A stretch of DNA of 64,000 nucleotides from NCBI GenBank assembly GCA_965649825.1, contig OZ287700.1:248001-312000 (forward strand), given 5' to 3'. Below the pieces are notes generated by a model. The model was not told the DNA's origin and searched no databases. It was given only the letters and a program-made list of their open reading frames with translations. Shown here piece after piece: positions 59,179-64,000 of this stretch. Origin of the DNA: Penicillus capitatus. Taxonomy: Eukaryota; Plantae; Chlorophyta. The first letter of the stretch is position 1. Every line of letters begins with the position of its first letter. The position numbers and the translations under genes were made by a program.

Positions 59179-60217
59179 ATGGCCGCGGAGCTCGACCCGT
59201 CGACGGCGCTCTTTCAATTCTCGCGCCCCGTCTCGCTGGGCGATACGACGCTGTCGCTGCTGTCTGCCACCGGCGTCGTCGTCGTCCTCATCCCTCTCTT
59301 GCGGGGTCTCCTTGTCTTCACCGTCTTCCGCGTAAGTCAGCCCGCCTGAAGGCACGGCCAAGACGTGTCTGTCCTCTTAGCCCCTCGGCCGATGTCTTCT
59401 GCCGGTTTCTGCACCGAATGGAGCCACGACGAGCAAAAGGCCGCCGATGAGTCTGTTGGAAAAGTGGGAAATGGCATGCTGGTCACTGACCTTTTATGTC
59501 GCGGTGACAGTCGTCGGCCTGGCTGTCACTTCATGTGAGCCTTGGTTCACGAAGCCGGCTCGACTCTGGTACGACTGCGACAGCATCCCGTGCCTGTACC
59601 CCGTGTCCAACGCCTTACTTCTCCAGTACTGTCTGCAACTCGGCTTCTACCTGCAAGCCATCCCAGCGCTTTACATCTGGGACCTAAAGCGGAAAGACTT
59701 CTATCAGATGATGCTGCATCACGTGGCGACGATCGGTCTGATTTGCTATTCGATCCGAACAAACCTCGTCCGAGCTGGCGCGATGATCCTTCTGATCCAC
59801 GACGTGTGCGATGTCCTTATGGAGACGGCGAAGCTTTTCAGGTCCTGTCCCATCAACGACGCCCCTGTGTAGCGCATGGGAAGCGTGTGCTGCAGGTATG
59901 CGCAGTACAACAGACTGGCTGAGGTGACGTTTGGGATCTTCGTGGTGGTGTGGATCGTGCTGCGCATCATCTACTTTCCCTCGCAGCTCATCCGGTCGTG
60001 CCTCGTCGACACCATTGGGTTCATTGCGGTGCCCTACGACATCGAACCGGAGCCGCACTACATCTTCCTGAACGGCCTGCTCTGTCTGCTCTACGTCATC
60101 CACATCTACTGGACGTACCTGATACTGAAGATCGTCTGGTCCGTGCTCGTCGACAGGAAGGAAGTCGACGACGTCCGAGAGGATGAGGAGGACGGAGAGA
60201 CGAAGAAGGACAAGTGA
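59179..60217 (+). CDS. Ceramide synthase (LAG1/TLC domain), multi-exon
   Basis: Lag1p motif KRKDFYQMMLHHVATIGLICYS...GAMILLIHDVCDVLMETAK, then FVVVWIVLRIIYFP and HIYWTYLILKIV, with an acidic tail DDVREDEED. Confidence 0.93.
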
Positions 60218-60295
60218 GGAATGCAGTGTGCTGAGTGATCTGGCTGTTCAGGCGTGTTAAGATCCTGCCCATTCTGATCTTCTATGCTGTCTGTC

Positions 60296-62191
60296 ATGTT
60301 TGGTTCAACCGTTTCGCGTAGGCCGCGTCATGCGTGTGGTCAGAACGATAAAACCCCGCTACACAGATTCACTCGCAAAGTGCAGCAGAACGCAAGCGCG
60401 CTGATTCTGGTCGCCGCCGAAGGTGCCTCAGGAGACTTCATTGCAGCCGCAGGAGTCCCTTTTCCCGACGAGGCAGTCGGACACGAGGCAAGGCGAGGCA
60501 CAGAATCGAGTATCGAATGGCGAATTCTATCCTCTGGCTGTGACACAACGACCACAATTTCTCCCGTTTGCGGTCGATCATGCGTTCAAACCCAGAAGTT
60601 CCCAGGAAGTGTCCGTTCAGGTCGGACTTTGTAACGCGTTCGTTTGCTCGTTTTTTCCCTATTCGTGCGTCAATTCCCAGACGCCTTATACGCTTGGGAA
60701 GGCATTCCTCCCAAACAGTGCTCTCAGCTACGCGGCTCGTCCAGAAAGTTGCAGGTCGTCTATCCATCGACGATCTTCGGGGTCGTTCCTTTTTTTCTGG
60801 TCGTCAGGTGTTAGGCCAAGGAGATGTACAGCGTCAACGACGTCATCGCAGGTCGATACCGCGTTATCGTTGTCCATCCGACCGCACGGGGTCACACGGT
60901 CTGCCACGTAGCAGTTCAGTCGTCTATCGGGCAACCGCATCGGACATTGTTGTGCTGTGGGTCAGTGTGTGCGATTTCCCGACGATGCCATGGCTACAGT
61001 GGAATGCGTCGCATTGAACGGTGCACTGCTGCCCAACGCTCTGGGGCAGTACGAGGCAGCACAGCGCGTAAGTTACCGATGTCTTCATCATATGCGACGT
61101 CGAAGGAACGACGGTCTCATAGGAGATGCTGAAGGCGAATAGCCTCAACCAGCGCGGAGTCGAGTACTTTGAGACGGAATCGAAGAGAGGCAAAGTGTTT
61201 CACGTCGTCAAAGTGAGATTCGCAATGCCGCCGTCGCTCCTCGTTCACTGCGTCGGCCCTAGGCGGTCGAAAGCGTCACCGTTCCATCGACGCCTCTCTA
61301 CAGAGACGTGCTGACGAACAGAGTGGAGTCAGAAGTCGACATTGCCGTCGACGTTGGACTCCCAACAGCAGACCCAGTCGAAACGCCAGTCACACCACAG
61401 GCTTCGAGCGTGAGAGTGATTCGACAGAGAGGACTTCATCTCAATGTCGACGTTCAACCACAGTACTTCTGCAAAGGTACACACCGCACCGCCATTTGGG
61501 ACACACGTGTACACTGCCAATGCTTTCTGGTTCGACAGGCTGGAAGCTGCAGTGGCGTTGGTTGCTCGCGCTCGTGTTGACTGTCATCTGGCTCCTTCTC
61601 ACTGCGGTGTCGACAAAACTCGCGTACCGACGCCTGAAAGAGGGAGGTGTGACATTCGCCGCCCGTAGAGGATGTACTGACACTGCGTGCGTGCTTTGCA
61701 GAGTTCTACATCGTGCAAGCTGTTGTGGTGCCGTGCTGGATCGTCGGCATCTGGCTGCTCTATCTCACCGTATCCAAACCTTTCATCCACGAATACCTCC
61801 AGATCACGGCGACGCATTTTGAATTCATTCGGTGGTTCGAAACCCCCTTTCGGAGGAAGGACTCACCATCCGACTTCGGAGACCCAACACCGACGGCCTC
61901 GTTTATAGACAGATTGCTGCTTGGTCAGCGACGGGGCCGGACAGCGGATCTCGATAAGGCTGAAGTGAGAACACACGCACAGAATCGTGTCCCTCCGGAG
62001 CAGTGTGGCGGCTGTAGATCCATGAGGCCACGAATAACTTCGTCCTGATGGAAGGCAATCGTAGCCTGACGTTCCTCACACCGATGTCAGGAAATGAGCA
62101 GCAATGGTTAGTCACACAGGTAAACACGGTTCTTGAGGACATTCGCAATCTCTGCTTGTCGCCTCTGGACACGATGGAAGAGGCCGTATAG
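60296..62191 (+). CDS. Hypothetical membrane protein, multi-exon (5' model uncertain)
   Basis: The 3' exons splice cleanly into WKLQWRWLLALVLTVIWLLLTAV...|FYIVQAVVVPCWIVGIWLLYLTV...|...FLTPMSGNEQQWLVTQVNTVL, stop at 62191. An upstream exon reads YSVNDVIAGRYRVI. Confidence 0.5.
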
Positions 62192-62384
62192 AACGCTCTC
62201 TACTCTGTCACTTGCGTAGAAGCAATGAGAAGTTTTTGAACGTAAGGCACTGCATTTTTCGTTTCGACCTTCTTAGTGAGAATCGTCAGAATTCCATATC
62301 CTACCTACATCATACTAGATAGATAGGAACGGGACCGGAACTTGCTTTAGGTGGCCCCTTCTTGGCCACAACCATAACGTACGA

Positions 62385-63255
62385 TTAGCATTGCCCAGAA
62401 ATCTGCAGTGTGTGTTTCGGCATTGCATGAACTTGTTGTAACAATTGATCACTTTGGCTTCGATCTCCGACGATCATTTGATCTTCTTTCCATGGTGGAC
62501 GTCGCAGAGATCGGTGAAAAGACCGCTGCGGCATGACGCCCTCGAAGATACCGTCGACGAAACACCTCGCCGAGGACAGAAGCCGTCCAACGGAGAAACG
62601 CGGATCCGATCTGAAGTCGTCTCCGCCGGTGTGCGCTGGTTCGCTCCCTGACGCCTCCGAAGATGACATCTGTTCGGGCTGTCGAATGCAGTACGGTCGG
62701 TACGGCAACCTGAATTCCTCCGTTTGTACACGTCTTGAACGCACTTGCGAGGAGAACGCCGGTCTTGTGATGTGGTCAATACAGAGTGCGTCCGTGGAGG
62801 TGTCGCGATGACGCAAGACAGGTTCCTGTAAACGGTTGGAAGTATTCCACGCAAGGGTCGAGCGGAACCAACTCAAGGCTGTCTTTCGATAACGGTTTCA
62901 TAAGCTTCGTCGGTTCGTCGCTATCTCCTATGGGAACGCATTCCGTGGAGGGCGGAACAGAATCGATGGACCTTGACAGCTGACTGTCTTCACACTCTGA
63001 TCCAAACAAACGCGCCCGAATAGAATCGGCAATCGGCAAAACAACGAGGCGGAGAGGAATTCCCAGAGACGCCGTATCAAGTCGTCGGATTGACGGGGAC
63101 GTGGACGCGCGAAATGAATGGCTTGGTGCTTCTTGCAGAACAGCTCGACAGGACTCGCTGCGCTGACGCCGGTTTGGATCCCTTCGGAGACCAAAAGGCC
63201 TCCGTCGCCCGAATGTTGGGTCGTGAGTGTTGCCAGAAACGTCACATCTTCCCAA
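62385..63255 (-). CDS. Possible hypothetical protein
   Basis: Overlapping ORFs 62776-63255 and 62385-62876 on the minus strand. No family was recognised and the model is unresolved. Confidence 0.2.
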
Positions 63256-63365
63256 CGTCAGTCACGTCCACAGCAGAAGACAAATTCCTTCGCGCGCCGT
63301 CGAATCTGTTGTTTGCGGTTTTCTTTTTTCTCTTTGTGATCTTTTGTGAAAAGGGGATGGACAAG

Positions 63366-64000
63366 ATGAACGAACGGATGCAAACGACGCCACTCTGGAC
63401 CGTCTTGCGTGCGGCGTCGTCATGGATGTCGAAGGTAACCGTCCGGACGTTTCGATTTCCCTTCACCGAGCTTGTGTGCATGAAGGCGCCGGACGGCGTG
63501 GCTTCGGTAGGAAGTTCGCCGAGGAACAACGCGGCAGAGAAGGTACGCCCCGTCGCGAATGCGCCCTCGACTGTCGGTGTTCTGCAGTACGACGCGTTCG
63601 ACAGGGTTGGAATAACGGGGCGCGCCGAGCTCGCTGCCGGACATGTCCTGGATGCAACGAAGGACGTTCTCGCGGATCTGCGCGAGAGAATCGCCGAAGC
63701 CAGAGGCGAGCTGGAGGCCATCGAATCAGAGCTGGCAGAAAGGAAGGCCGAACTCGCAGCAAACGTAGGTGACCAGGCGAGAGGGGACCCTTGCTATCTC
63801 CTTGAGACTGTGCAGGAGAAGGAGGTGGCCGACTCGACACTCCAGAGAGAGATCGCATCGGCGGATGCGGAGTTCCTCGTCTGGCGGAGGCAGGAGTTCG
63901 AACCGCAGCTCGAGAGCATGCAATGGGAGTGGGAGGCGCTGCAGCAAAAGGTGATCCATCCATTCACCAGCCGCCTTACCTCTCCATTCCTTTCTTTCTG
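63366..64000 (+). CDS. Coiled-coil protein, multi-exon, runs off the window end
   Basis: Spliced ...RNNAAEK|YDAFDRVG...DLRERIAEARGELEAIESELAERKAELAAN|EKEVAD...WEWEALQQK| with canonical GT-AG junctions. Confidence 0.6.
   Translation, partial: MNERMQTTPLWTVLRAASSWMSKVTVRTFRFPFTELVCMKAPDGVASVGSSPRNNAAEKVRPVANAPSTVGVLQYDAFDRVGITGRAELAAGHVLDATKDVLADLRERIAEARGELEAIESELAERKAELAANVGDQARGDPCYLLETVQEKEVADSTLQREIASADAEFLVWRRQEFEPQLESMQWEWEALQQKVIHPFTSRLTSPFLSF

Noticed and set aside
59100-60220. Apparently higher GC3 in the ceramide synthase gene (possible HGT)
   Set aside because: It is a typical eukaryotic LAG1 family gene with normal introns. I could not quantify the shift and it may reflect expression-linked codon bias.
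1-64000. Prokaryotic origin or operon structure suggested by PPK1, the SlyD-like and ALS-like genes
   Set aside because: These genes are interrupted by canonical GT-AG introns and flanked by eukaryote-specific genes (SEC5, SPC25, S6K).
1-64000. Non-standard code (TAA/TAG = Gln) as in some ulvophytes
   Set aside because: Conserved proteins end at TAA/TAG at the expected positions (GST-N TAA 5689, SEC5 TAG 5604, PRXQ TAG 7983, ThDP enzyme TAG 56732), and long exons lack in-frame TAR.
1-64000. rRNA, tRNA, telomeric repeats or an intact transposase/reverse transcriptase
   Set aside because: No such signatures were recognised by eye. A tRNAscan-SE/Infernal/RepeatMasker run would be needed to exclude small ncRNAs, including intronic snoRNAs.

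Overview
Gene-dense eukaryotic nuclear DNA with the standard genetic code and many short (~45-60 nt) GT-AG introns. It is most likely a compact green-algal (chlorophyte) genome: plant-like SEC5, PRXQ and CTL1, transit-peptide-like N-termini, and the flagellar-type genes CFAP157 and LRRIQ1. The backbone is housekeeping genes: purL, SEC5, two GST-fold genes, PRXQ, a LisH/CTLH-UBA protein, DDX47/RRP3, a secreted beta-helix repeat protein, sulfotransferase, CTL1, UBA-PTH2, S6K, a J-protein, bacterial-type PPK1, SPC25, SlyD-like FKBP, a bacterial-type TPP enzyme and ceramide synthase. Three things stand out. (1) Eight intronless, highly diverged paralogs with an XPA-like Zn-finger/XPA_C region followed by an unnamed conserved CPGAHPxAAFDFC domain; seven lie co-oriented at 17.9-34.7 kb and one at 54.4 kb. 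(2) An orientation-independent TCAC(T/A)CTTTT motif concentrated in short introns, sometimes as perfect hairpins. (3) Very tight same-strand gene junctions (24 nt and possibly 8 nt) suggesting polycistronic loci. No rRNA, tRNA or CRISPR was recognised. All exon-intron models and family calls were made by eye without database searches; spliced-gene boundaries are approximate.
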